A DNA stretch of 64,000 nt from contig NMRA01000046.1 of the NCBI GenBank assembly GCA_002633005.1, positions 52,926-116,925 on the forward strand, written 5' to 3'. Under the pieces are notes generated by a model, which ran no database searches, was not told where the DNA came from, and saw only the letters and a list, made by a program, of their open reading frames with translations. Both the position numbers and the translations under genes were made by a program. This document shows, piece by piece, positions 24,520 to 36,834 of this stretch (the first letter of the stretch is position 1; every line of letters begins with the position of its first letter). The stretch is from Phoronis australis. Taxonomy: Eukaryota; Animalia; Phoronida.

Positions 24520-27289
24520 AAAACTGACAGACACACTCTGCAGAAAAACCACCTTTGACTCAATGCAAGACATCAACGTCAATGTCAGGTGGTTTTCCAA
24601 CTGCATCCTCCAGGCGGCACGCCAGAGCATTCCAAAGAGAAGACGAAGAGACTACAAACTTTACTGGAGTGACCACTTGTAGAGTCTCCATGACCAAGTA
24701 ACATCAACCACAGAGCAACTTGAAAAGACCCAACCCCGGAAAACACAGCAATCTACAACCAAGCAAGAGCTGCAGAGGAAAAGACAACAGAAATCCGCAA
24801 GTCTTGGCACGAAAAGACCAGCTCTCTAAACATAGAGAAAGACACAGGGAAACTCTGGCAGCTCACAAAGACCCTAAAGGACGACCACCAGTGCACTCCA
24901 AGAGCAACGCTCCTAAAAGGAAATGGACTTACACTGGGAGAAGAGCCGCATCGCTGCTTGCTGAGAATTTTAGAGATGACTATCTCCTGGATATTCCCAG
25001 GCAGAAAACAGCAGAAGTCCGAACAAAGAAAACAGAGAAACTGAGAAAGAGGCAACAACAACAAACTGCCAGCATGACTAACGACTTCACCATGCATGAA
25101 CTGAACAGTTCCATCAGACAACCCAAGACCAAGAAGGCACCCGGAAAGGACGGCATCAGCAACGACATGATTCGACACCTTGGCAGTCTCACCAAACAGA
25201 AACTTCTGGACATTTACAACCAGTCTTGGAGAATGGAGGTTTTTCCAGTCAGCTGGAAGGAAGCCATAATCATTCCAATCTTAAAGGAGGGGAAGAACAG
25301 GCACAGAAAGAGCAGCTATCGCCCCATCAGCAAACCCATGGAAGGCATGGTCACCAAACGTCTGCAATATCGCCTAGAAAAGAACAGGCTTATTAACCCC
25401 ACCCAGTCAGGGTTCAGAAAGAACAGAAGTCAGGCTTATTAACCCCACCCAATCAGGGTTCAGAAAGAACAGAAGCACAGAGGATCAGATCACACTGCTC
25501 ACCCAAGACATAGAAAATGGCTTTCAACAGAAAATGAAGACACTGGCCGTCTTTGTGGACCTAACTAAAGCCTTCAATAAGGTCTGGAAGGAAGGCTTAC
25601 TCCTCAAGCTCCTCCAAAAACAAGTATGTGGTAAAATGTATGCGTGGATTAACAGTTGCCTCTTCCAAAGATCTGCGCATGTAAAGCTGGAAGGACAGAC
25701 AAGCAAGCTGATAAGGACTAGGGAAGGAGTACCCCAGGGCAGCATAATATCGCTGACACTCTTTGTCGTCTTCATTGATGACATTGCTTACCACCTGTCT
25801 TGCACATTTCAAGGACTCTCCATGTAGATGACCTGGCTGTATGGACAAAAGCAGAATACATCACCACAGCAGCTTACAGAATGCAGGGAGCCATGGACAT
25901 CATCCTAAGCTGAGCAAAAGAGTGGATGGTTACGATCAACAGGACAAAAACAGAGGCCACGTGTTTTTCCTTTTCTCCCAAAAAAGAAGAAACCAGTTGG
26001 GGTGCAAACATGAAGATCTTGACCCAAAGTTACACGGGATCCGTCAGACCCCAGGTGGCAAAACCAACACAGACAACTTAGCCAGGGTCCAGAATACTGG
26101 TCTGCGCTTAATCGCAGGAGGCATGAAGACCACCCCATCACGGAAATGGAGAAGACGGCAGGCTTAAGCTCATTGGAAGTAAGACGGGATGAGAAAAGAT
26201 GAAGCGGCTCCCATCACATCCACTGCACTCCAAACTCCAAGCCCGACCAAAAACCGCATCAAGAGGCAAAGCTCAAACCACCTCATCAAGGCACTTCAGC
26301 AGAAACATCAACCTCTGCTATCCTCAATCAACCAACCACTAGAAATGCTCCAAGACTTTGAAGAATGGTCCCTGGACGTTCCCCCATCATTCTTGACATC
26401 CATGGGATTGAAGCAAAGCATACACAACTGGAGGCAGTCCTGAAGACCCTCACCCTAGAAACCCTAGACAGGGACTGGACTCGAGTTTATACAGATGGCT
26501 CTGCAGAGAATGCTGTCAGAAATGGGGGAGGTGGGGTATTCATCAAGTCCATTGCCACGGGCCTTCCCTCCACTAACTACAGAGTTGAGGCAAATGCCCT
26601 ATACCTCGCAGCCCAGATACTCAACCAGCAAACGAGGCTCCCGGATCAGACAGTCTTCCTCACAGACTGCCGATCTCTTCTGCAGAGCCTCCAAACAACA
26701 GAGAGAGACCAGATCCTGCAATCCATCAAACAAGAGATGCACATTCTCAGCAGCAAAACCACTGTTGTGCTGCAATGGATTCCCTCCCACTGCGGCATCA
26801 GCGGCAACGAGGAAGCAGACAGACTCTCCAAGGCAGGAAGCAAACTGGAGCAGACGTAGCACCCATCATCATATGGAGAAGTAAAAATCCTCCTACGAAG
26901 TCACTTTAGAAATGTCTGGAGGGCACGCCTACGTCTGTGGACTGAAGTAGACTATATTCACCAGCTTGACCGGCAGGAACCAGTCACTATCTTCAGGCTA
27001 AGAACAGGCCACTACCAGCTGCTCTCTCACATGCATCGCCTGAAAATCTGTCACACAGACGAGTGCCCCTGTGGCACTGGCCCCCAAACACCTGAGCATT
27101 TACCTACCCTACGTTCGATTCCCTAAGGCGCCAGACATGGCCCATTCCGGTGGAACACAAGGTAAAACTGTGGGGCCCGACGGCATCATTGCGGAGAACT
27201 ACAGACTTCGCCCAAAAGACCAGACTGACTATCTAAGCTACATGGCCGGGAACGCTGAAGAAGAAGAAAAAGAACAAGAAGAAGGAGAA
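24520..27289 (+). mobile_element. 5'-truncated, decayed I-group (Ingi/Nimb-like) LINE with RT + RNase H and (GAA)n tail
   Basis: RT-region motifs KAPGKDGI, WKEAIIIPILK..SSYRPIS, FVDLTKAF, GVPQGS, HVDD (YADD variant). RNase H motifs YTDGS, LTDC, LQWIPSHCGISGNEEADRL. C-terminal CPCG...TPEH. GAA-rich tail at 27257-27289. A 46-bp internal duplication at 25385-25475 breaks the frame. Confidence 0.93.
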
Positions 27290-29355
27290 TATACTCAGCC
27301 ACAGAGTACTTAGACGATTACCTTGAACTCGTATGAAATGAGAAAGGAGAATGTCAATAAAATTTTCGAGTTCAATTTCGAGTAAAAGGATGAGACTCCG
27401 GACTCGGGTCACGTAAATCAGTCTCATGTTGTTTCTTGCCGATACCAGAAAAACCATCGAAACCATCAAAAACTCACTCTTCAGAGTTTGTAAGGGTTGG
27501 CCGACCATAAATTTGATTATTCAAAAAATGACGCATGTAGACCTACTCGTTGCCTGACTTGATATGGTAAAGAAAATAGAATGCTATCACGGCGAGGGTT
27601 ATTATGAGACGGATTTTATGAGAGTGAAAGGCCTAATTCGATTTTCGCTTTTTAGGTTGATAAGAATGAGCGAAATGCAGCTTTAATAGCTCTGCATCTT
27701 TGATTCAAACATTCATGGAGGTTGTCATATGGACAGTCGAAAGATGGCGTTGCTGTGAAGCGTTTGACCGTTTGTATGCCATCAGTCGCCGGTAGACCCG
27801 TCATGGTGATGAGAAAGTTTTAACAGTTAAAACTGTCATACCACGAGAGCACCAAAAGGTGTACTCTGGGGTCACCGACTCAGATATTGAAAAAGGTGTG
27901 TGTTCATACAACCTTGTGGCATATGTCAAAATGTTTATTTGAAAATTTTTGGGTTATATTTTTTAAGTTAGAACACCATGATTATTTTTGCCCAAAATAA
28001 CCCAGTTTTGCTTCAAAAAGGTTTAGAAAGAAAGTATCTTTATAATGTTTATGTAGATATTGAACCTCTTTGTCAAAGACAGTCTTTGAATTTTCAAAGG
28101 AGTTTCTGCTAACCTTCATTGGAGTGCCAAAGTTTGGTAAATTTTGCCCAACTTTGTGTATCTGATTTTTAGCCAGTTTGCTGTCTGACTTAAAAATTAA
28201 AAAAATAAAACATGGGCAATTTGTTTGTTTTCACGCAACAGACGTTAGAAAAGAGACACCATCCACAGTTCCTGACCACGGGCAGTATGCAACTGTATCT
28301 CATAAACCTCATGAAAGGGCTTCATTAATTTTTTCAAAATAATATGTTTCTACGGTTATTAAATCAGTCGACGTCAATTTTTAGATACTTCGACTACTGC
28401 TGCAGTGACCCCAGAACCAAAGTGGTAAACATCTAAAAATAAATGTTGAAGTCAAAAATACATGTAAACAAATTTGGCAACTTTTACTATTACATATGCA
28501 CAAATTTTGGGCAACTTAAATGGAACTACTTCTACTAATTACTTAAATAATATTTATTCTGACATATAACTAAATTTATTTGGTGAAATTTCATGAATTT
28601 TGGTTAAAACGTTTCAATCAAGGAAACGATGGCACATACATATTTGAAAACCATGTTTCACTATTAATGTTTTGTTTTCTGTCTACTATAGTGCCTGAAC
28701 TCTAGCGTCGTTTTTGTTTTCAACTTCTTTCTTCTAATTTGGCCAAAAACTAATATTATTTACACGCATGTTTTGAATGAGTCTAACCTGTGCTGCCACA
28801 CCAGTGACAGTTTTGGAAACCGTTCATATGTTTAACCTTTACCCCCCGTCAGCTACTAACTGATACTCTACCCTGGTAACACCCAATTAACATACAAACT
28901 CAAATGATCCTAACAAACTTTGACCACAATAAGTAGCTTAGACTATACTTTGGAAAATTTCACCAACATAAGCTGAACCAAGCTCACGTTAAGTATACAA
29001 GCATAATTGTAACCATGGCGACTGAGTAGGCCTACCATCAAAGCGTTTTTCCTTTAAACTAGAATTTGACAAGCTTGATAATAAAAGTATAAAGTTATGA
29101 GGCAGAAGGATTCGAGTAAGCTTCACAGTTCATAATCCAAATGTAACCAATTTGTGTAAATCAAGTAAGATTTTTCACATTTTGTTCCTTCTAGATGTCC
29201 CGAAGTAGAAAGTAGGTCTAACTAGTTACAAAACATGAATCAAAAGCACAGTTTATACATAAAGTCCTGTTGGTCGATCTTCTAACACACTCTGTACTGC
29301 GACAGTGTACTTGCAGGTCACAGTCTTTCGTGACGCAACGCAAGTCGGTAGTATC

Positions 29356-29960
29356 TATGGTGGGCCGTTGACGGGAAAGTGTCGCCGTAAAATTACGCTC
29401 GTAATTACCAGCGTAAATTAAATTGCAGGAGTGTCGCCGTACAATTACGCTCGTAAATTAAATGGTGAAAAGTTTCGTCGTAAAATTACGCTCGTAATTA
29501 CGAGCGTAAGTTAAATTGCAAAAGTGTTGCGGTAAAATTACGCCCGTAAATTAAATGGGGTAAATGTCGCCGTAAATTACGCTCGTAAAATACCTTAAGA
29601 ACGTTCCAAATTTGAACCAATCAGTGATGACCTACTGAACATACACGACTGTTGCTGGGCAGCTCGTTCTTGCACAATCGCTGACATTGCAGCAACGATT
29701 TGATCCGCCATGATTCAGAGTTCGTATCGTAGACATGAAACCCGCCAATAAATAAGTATTTCCATGAGCGTACGCGATCTTTGTAAAATCCAACGTCATT
29801 GGCTAAGAGTTTAACTAAATTACGAGCGTAATTTTACGCCGTAAAGAATTAAATTACGCTCGTAATTTTACGGCGTAATTAACGGCGTAAATAACGGCGT
29901 AATGTACACAATTACGCTCGTATTTTTCCGGCGACACTTTCCCCTCAACGGCCCATCATA
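29356..29960. mobile_element. MITE with TAY...RTA termini and 6-bp TSD (IS3EU-like), carrying subterminal AATTACGCTCGTAA arrays
   Basis: TIR tatggtgggccgttgacgggaaagtgtcgccg / cggcgacactttcccctcaacggcccatcata; TSD AGTATC at 29350-29355 and 29961-29966. Confidence 0.88.
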
Positions 29961-30113
29961 AGTATCGCTCTACCTACGGCACTACGGTGGCCACTCGTGA
30001 CGCAGCGACACGTGTAGGCAGTATCTAATTACCCTCAATTCCTCTTGCTGGTGGCAGTCCCTTGTGACGCACGATGCAAGTGACAAGCTCTAACTTAACT
30101 TAGTGTTCGTTAA

Positions 30114-30771
30114 GGAGGCACACTACAGTTGCTACAGGATTTTGGTTACCGACGCACACCTAAGTGGAGATGAGTCCTTACCTCGCGTCCTGAACAGTTA
30201 GACTGCAGCCACGGGGATTTTGTATTCCCTAGAATTTAAATAAAGGGTGTACGTCAGACTTGGCGGCTGTCTTAAGGAATGGGTTGAAAACAATTTACAA
30301 GGAAGCTGGTTTGCTTATGCTTTTGAATAAGAAAGGTCAATTTATTAGCCATGACCCACTTTTGATGCAAAATGGTTTCTGCAGTTTGCTGAGAAACCGG
30401 GAAAAATTTCAGGTGGCTGTCAGATCAAAATTGTCAAAAAGGCAGCTGGTAAAGGGCGAACTAGAGAGAACAAGCATTCTGAATCTGTAGTCAGATTTTT
30501 TTCTAGCACTTGCAGGAAAGTGGTAATTTTGGGGAGAAAACTGTCAAATTTGTGTTTTTGGACTTATGTTTCTGTGCCAGGATTTTTTCCGGTGTGAATT
30601 GAAAATCTGTAGCATAATTAAGTTTCAGTTATCATGAGTAGTGCTTGTGAGTTGATAATGCTACAAAACCTTTTGTTTTTTCACACTCTTGATAAGGACG
30701 AGAGCTGAGGACTCATCTCCACCTTGGTGTGCGTCAGCGGTCAAAGCATTGTAATAACTGTGGTGTGCCTC
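30114..30771. mobile_element. Kolobok-like non-autonomous element (~65-bp TIRs, TTAA site)
   Basis: TTAA|ggaggcacactacagtt...gacgcacacctaagtggagatgagtcct pairs with aggactcatctccaccttggtgtgcgtc...aactgtggtgtgcctc|ATAA. Confidence 0.75.
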
Positions 30772-31512
30772 ATAACTCCTTGGAATCTTCCACGAGGTGT
30801 CTCTGTTGCACTATTTCTTCAGTACACTGAAGCAAGTCCTATAGCTTCAACTACCAAAATCTATCTGGCTGAGTTTCCAGTCTTCTGTTCAAATTATAAT
30901 ACATTTACTTAATTGTTAGCTAATAAAAGCCACATGATCTTATCTAGCCATATCATTGGCTGTTACGATCTGATTTCAGAAATTTCTAGAATCCTGGTAA
31001 TCATCTAAAAATACATGTAGACATCAAAAGTACATGTAAACAGGTTGGACTTGGTTTAAAAGTACATATGTACAACTTCAATGGAACTAACTTTATTAAT
31101 TATATAACCCATATTTATCCTGACAAGGTCAATAAGTGCAAAATTGGTGATTTTTGTGTTAGGGCCACACCACGATCACATAGTACACAAAGTTTCGGTG
31201 ATTTTTCGATTTCTTTTGATTTTCTCGTGGTATGGTTCCTAAGTATGCCACTCTTCAGGCATTCTAAATTATGAAGAAATGCTGCATTCCAACGACGTTC
31301 ACAACATTAATACTGGGAAGCTTAGCCAGAATTTCACTTTGTTTATTGGAATTAAAATTTCAAGCCAAATTGTCACTGACCAATGGCAATATTGTTGCCT
31401 ATGCCCCAGAGGTACGCAATGTATTCAGTTAACAGAAGGATCTTATCAGAGTCCTTTCAAAGCCTGGCAATAGAGACTTCGGAACTTGCACAGTCTCCAG
31501 CCCATCGATAAA

Positions 31513-33293
31513 TAGTCGGTGGGCCATATCTCATAGCGTTCATCCTTGTGAGTACTTTGGGGGGGGGGGCAACTTAGTTTTTTCTATGTGGCTAGATAAT
31601 ACACCTATAAATCAAATTCCAAAACGTTCCCACGTCTACACTTGCACATTTTTTTTAAAAAGGTGTTTTTGTTGCACAAAATATTATTACATTCCTGCCA
31701 CTTGGTGGCGCTTTTCTATTGAATTGACCAATCAGAGAGCCAGATTGTATTGTTGTGCTAAGTTACTTCAATATGGCTGCTCCCATGGAGTGTGATGCCT
31801 GTATAATTCAAGGTTTATCAAACAGCACAAAATTGTGATGTCAGAGCCTAAAGAAGCTTAGGAAAGCTTCCTGACGAAAGCTGATTGACTGTGGAACTCT
31901 GTAGATCAGTAGATCAAAAAAAGAAGAGGTGTCACAAACGTTTGTGCAAAAAACAGCTGCACGGCATAGCAACGTTTCAAGGCACCATGTCATTTGCCTT
32001 TCAAAACTAAAGTAAGATTTTGAAGCTGTTTTTTAGAAAGCTGGTGTGCATGAAGTTATTAGGACAGGCAATCTTAAGAAATATTGTTGAAGCTACTCTT
32101 TGTTGTAGCTAGTTTATGCCCTACTAAGAGATACGAAAGCGAATTGAGGCTAGTGTTCAATAATTCACTTGCTGACTCTAGTTAACACAGCCCATTTTAA
32201 CATATTTTGAATCAAACGTTTGCCCAAATCCTGCCCGCCTCCAAACAAGGACTTTGTGTTTGACCCTTCATTGCCTTCGGGCCAATCACCAGTGTGCGGT
32301 GCTGTACCCTCTCTAATCGACCATAGCTGGCTCCTTGGCGGTGGAGCTTTGCAGTTAAAATGTATGACAATGTCCGCATCTCCATTGACAGTACTAAACT
32401 ATGAACACTGTAAGTGCAAAAAGAACATGCGTGCTGGGAAACTGAGTTTGTGCTACAATGCTGGGCCAAACTGTACAGAAATGTGCAGCTGTGACAACTG
32501 TAGTAACATAAGCAACATTGACTGCATAACATTGGATAGTTCTTTGACAAGTCAACCCTAAATAAACCTCCAACCCCGTTATTTCGTTTTTTTGTATTAA
32601 AAAGTTAATTTTATTTGTTGATTAAGTCATAGAAAGTACATACTTTGATCATTGTCATGTATTTGTCTCATACTGTTTGATAAACGCTGTCAGAATAATC
32701 TATTATTTTCATACAGTCGGTGTGCACATTCACAGAGATCATTCAACTATATTTTTTGTACTATAAGGTATTTCTGGTGTATTATGCAAACAAGCTGTAT
32801 TTTACACCATTAGTCAATGTTTTAGTCATTGAGGCACAAATTCTGCCCAGTCTCAAGTGTTTTGTGTTATTTTTGTTTCCAGACAATGCCAGAATAACTT
32901 CCTAGTAACATTCAGACTTAGTTTGCATTTTTGCCACTAGGTGTCTCTACATTTTTTAAATTTCACTGTTTACAATTAATCTACAATAGTAAAACATGTA
33001 ATGTGAGTGTAATATTGTTCATTACAATGGCAATGATGGGACCATATTACTTATTTTACAAAAGTCACCAAAACTGTTGTTTTTACAAATATAAGTTTAC
33101 TAAGCTCTTTGGTTATTATTAGGTAACTTCAAACTCAAAATTCTTTAAAATGTGCAACTTTATATGTGGGAACTTTTTAGATCTTGAAAACACTCTAATA
33201 AATGAATTAAATAACACCAAAATAAAATTGCCCCCCTAAAGTACTCACAAAAATCATTTTCTAGAAGTCCTACAAATTCTGGCCCACCGACTA
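31513..33293 (+). mobile_element. Academ DNA transposon, internally deleted
   Basis: Perfect 14-bp TIR TAGTCGGTGGGCCA and 3-bp TSD AAA; contains a transposase C-terminal remnant. Confidence 0.85.
32220..32561 (+). pseudogene. Academ transposase C-terminal fragment with Cys-rich CXC/tesmin-like domain
   Basis: Across frameshifts: LHCLRANHQCAV...PSLIDHSWLLGGGALQLK...CKCKK...CYNAGPNCTEMCSCDNCSN. Confidence 0.8.
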
Positions 33294-34595
33294 AAAGACA
33301 CATCGAAATAATTCCTGTAGTAAGACTGCCGAGAAATTTCTGAGATTCTGCGGTCACTGATAGACTTTACAGAACATCGAGGTCTTTACTGGGTACAGAG
33401 AAAATTTTCTTAGGGTTCCACATCTGATGAAATAGGAAATTGTTTCCAAACAAATTTTGACATGGCCTCGCTCCGGCCTTACCAGCAATGGGAGCTTATT
33501 CATGGGCAGCGCAGCACTGAAAAAAGTGGGGGGGGGGGCTAAACCCCCCTAAGCCCCCCCCCCTGTGGTGCACCACCTACAGACCATGTGCGGCGTAAAA
33601 AACTGGTGCGCCGCCTATGGTATTTCGATCCGTTGGAACATAGAATACAACATAAGTAAATACGGGGTGTAGTGCGTACTTTATAGCGACACAGATGCAC
33701 AGGAGCTCTGTGGAGGTTCTCCCTGGTTCCCAACGTGCCAGCCAGCACGCAGATATCGCGCAGTGGCACGCGCTTTAGCATTGGTTGATAATAGACTCTA
33801 TTCACGCTGCGGACATTAAAATCCAAAGCGAGGCTCACTGCGATAAACAAAGCGGAAATTTACATTGCCTGAGTTAAACAGCCGGTCTTGGAGTCCAACC
33901 TGAATATTAAATCTTAAAAAATGTGTCAATAATTAACCACAGAGACGTAGAAAAATAAAGTTAAAGAACAAGTCTATGCACCAAAGAGTTGTCTAACGAA
34001 AGGATATATTTTTTCCGGAAAACTAGGTTCGAAACATGAAAAGTAACATGACCAAATTGAGGCGATCGAAGTGTTATGGATTAGGTATCATGCTGAATGC
34101 AGGGTTACGTTTCTTCTAATAAATTCTTGATAAAAATGCTTTCTATGCGAACCAGGTCATCTGGTCGTATTGTTGACGAAGTTGAAAATATATTCGGCAG
34201 CGGTGGCTCATAGCATTTTGCTGTCATGTGCATTTAGTCTCATCTGGTTTAATTTGTTGATCAAGAGTAGGCCTAATAGCTTCAAGCACAGCCTAGGTCC
34301 TGGTGAGGTAGGCACTACCGGGACTAACACTTGATTTGTGATTGATCTGAAACAATACTTGATGTTATTAAATATATATTTTGATTACGATAAAAAACTA
34401 GACTCGCAATTGAAAATAAAAATTATATGACCATCAATTCTGCTTTCTTGGTTTTAATAATTACGTCTATTTCATGTCTTATATTTTTCAAATATCAATC
34501 TCGACCAAGTTGAATTTTAAAATTAAAACACCTAATTCTTTCGTCCAAAGCATAACCTCGCTTTAGAGCTTAATTTCAGTTAACTGGACAGAACA

Positions 34596-34759
34596 CAGTG
34601 ACGGATTTAGAGGGTAGCCAACTTGGGGGCTATGCCCCAGCCCCCCTAAAATTCTCCCAGATTCCATTTGGCAGTTCAGGAGCGCGAATTTCTGACGGGC
34701 AAAATCCTAGCTAATACCCTGCCTTGCCCCCCCGAACTCAAAGTCCTGGATCCCCCCTG
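34596..34759 (+). mobile_element. Short hAT5-like MITE
   Basis: CAGTGACGGATTTAG...TGGATCCCCCCTG with TSD GAACA. Confidence 0.88.
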
Positions 34760-36038
34760 GAACAAGCATAGTTATCATGTTTCTTCAGAGGCCTCGTTCA
34801 TATCCGGAGCCTGGGTAAAGGTGCCTCGATAAGTGTGCGATTTTGGGAACCGAAATAGGGACTGCTCGAAGAAAAAGTTTCATAACGGGAGTATTTGTTC
34901 GAGTTGGAAGGAATTAAACACATCGACAACCTCCTAAGGTGTTCCTCTATGCGCAAAAGGTATTTGTAACAACGTGACTTTGATGGTTTAGTCGGTGCGA
35001 GGCATAATTCGCCGAAAAGCTTCCGGCGTACAGAGCGCCTATAGCCTCTACATCGCCTCTGCTTCGGGCCAACAGAGGCGATGGTCATTGCCTATAACCT
35101 CAGCAGTCATTGGTTAGCTTTACAACACCGTGAACAAAAAGCGGACTGTGAACGATTTTTAGCCTTATCATGCAAGTGGCGTCTCATCAACTATTTCGTT
35201 TCTGCAGTGATGTTGAATAGCCACGTGTTTGAAGCACATACATGAACAATAAAAACATATCTGGCCGATTTAACCGGTGTGTTATTCATACTGTATGAAT
35301 ACAGGACAGTATGGTAAACAAAAGTCATCGACAGTTGAAAGATGTACTCCGAAAATGCGCCGCAACACAATTCCTAGGATTCACATTTCCTGAGCACCGA
35401 TTTGTCTATACAAAAGACCGCATATAGACAGAGATTGTGTAAGTTCGTAATATAGTTGACAAAAAAGTCGCGGGCTTCGCATACCGAAGTCTGCAATTAC
35501 AGGAATGTCATAAAAAACAGAACAGCTGTTCAGTACATGTTAGTGAGCTATTCAAAATCGTATTCATGGGTTATATAAGGTTTGTGTTTTATCAAATATG
35601 TGATGTGACATGAATTTGTTGTTTATTTATTATTCTAACTTAGTTTTTCATTATTTCAAATAGATCTGTTCCAGCGCAGGTCATGTACTCTTTTGATTTG
35701 TTTACTTTCTTGAGGCTGAACCTCAGTGTGCCCTGGAATCTATCCACACATGTTCTAAACAGGACAACACAGTGTTCACAGAAACATACCAGAGCCAAAT
35801 AACCATTCCCTAACATGGCAACATTTTGATGAATTTCTTATGATTTCCCTAAGTTCTTAAGATTGTTTTCATGAGTTACTTAGTTCAGTTGCACGACATT
35901 ACTGTCCCGGTGATACCCATGCATATAGACCTAAAGCAGTCCATTGAAAAAATGGTATCAACAACCATGTTTTGTACTGGACTTAAGAAAACAAAGCTTG
36001 TTTTGTACAGACCTGACAATGACTTATTATCGTAGAAA

Positions 36039-36176
36039 GTGCCATACAGTGAAAGCTTTGTTGAGCAAACTGTAGATGTGCCATATAGTGAAAGCTTTGT
36101 TGAGCAAACTGTAGATGTGCCATACAGTGAAAGCTTTGTTGAGCAAACTGTAGATGTGCCATACAGTGAAAGCTTT
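36039..36176. repeat. 39-bp minisatellite, ~3.5 copies
   Basis: Unit gtgccatacagtgaaagctttgttgagcaaactgtagat. Confidence 0.95.
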
Positions 36177-36538
36177 CAGCAAACCGTTGCACGGTTGCGT
36201 ACATTTTACTTTCAAAAATTTCTTGAATACCTCGTGGACGAAGTTGAGGCTAAGAGAATTGGCTTTGCAAAACATTTACTGACTTCATTGCTTGAAGTAC
36301 TTTGGATGTTTTTCCAAGCTTGCCATCTTTGAACCATATATTATAATACATGCATGCTTTGCTCCAAATACACCAGTGATATAAATTGCAATTTCTCAAA
36401 TTGTATACCAACTTTCTCCAAAGGGAACAGTACATGTTACCACTTTGAAAGTTAGTCCACGTCTTCCAAATTTTGATCTCTGATCAGATCAGCACGTAGG
36501 TTAACAAGCCCAGCACAGACAGTGAACTAGTTTAACTA

Positions 36539-36834
36539 CAGGGGCGGATCCAGGATTTTGAGTTGGGGGGGCAGGGCACAGGAATAACTAGAATTTCGCC
36601 AAATGCGTGCACCTAGCATAAAAACTATGGATGTAGGGGGGGGGGGCTCGAATGGGATTGTGGACCTTTGTTCAAGGTTATGAATTGTGCATTCGCCCCC
36701 CCCCCTACCCCGAGCCCTCCTGGGTGCGCGCATATGCCATTCAGCAATTCGCACCCCGAACTGCCAAATGGAATCTGGGAGAATTTTAGGGGGAGGGGGC
36801 ATGCCCCCTTGGTCCTTCTCTAAACCCGCCACTG
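36539..36834 (-). mobile_element. hAT5-like MITE (longer variant, reverse orientation)
   Basis: CAGGGGCGGATCCAGG...TAAACCCGCCACTG; shares aaaattctcccagattccatttggcagttc with 34596. TSD not evident. Confidence 0.8.

Noticed and set aside
24720-26859. Active reverse transcriptase or a novel RT system
   Set aside because: Multiple frameshifts, an internal duplication and deletions, and HVDD at the catalytic motif show an ordinary dead LINE.
27866-28415. Short inverted repeat tctggggtcac / gtgaccccaga as TIRs
   Set aside because: Only about 11 bp with no identifiable TSD; probably TE-derived, but boundaries cannot be supported.
33420-33465. Hammerhead-like CTGATGA...GAAA on the + strand
   Set aside because: No stem II, no correctly placed UH cleavage site and no convincing stem I.
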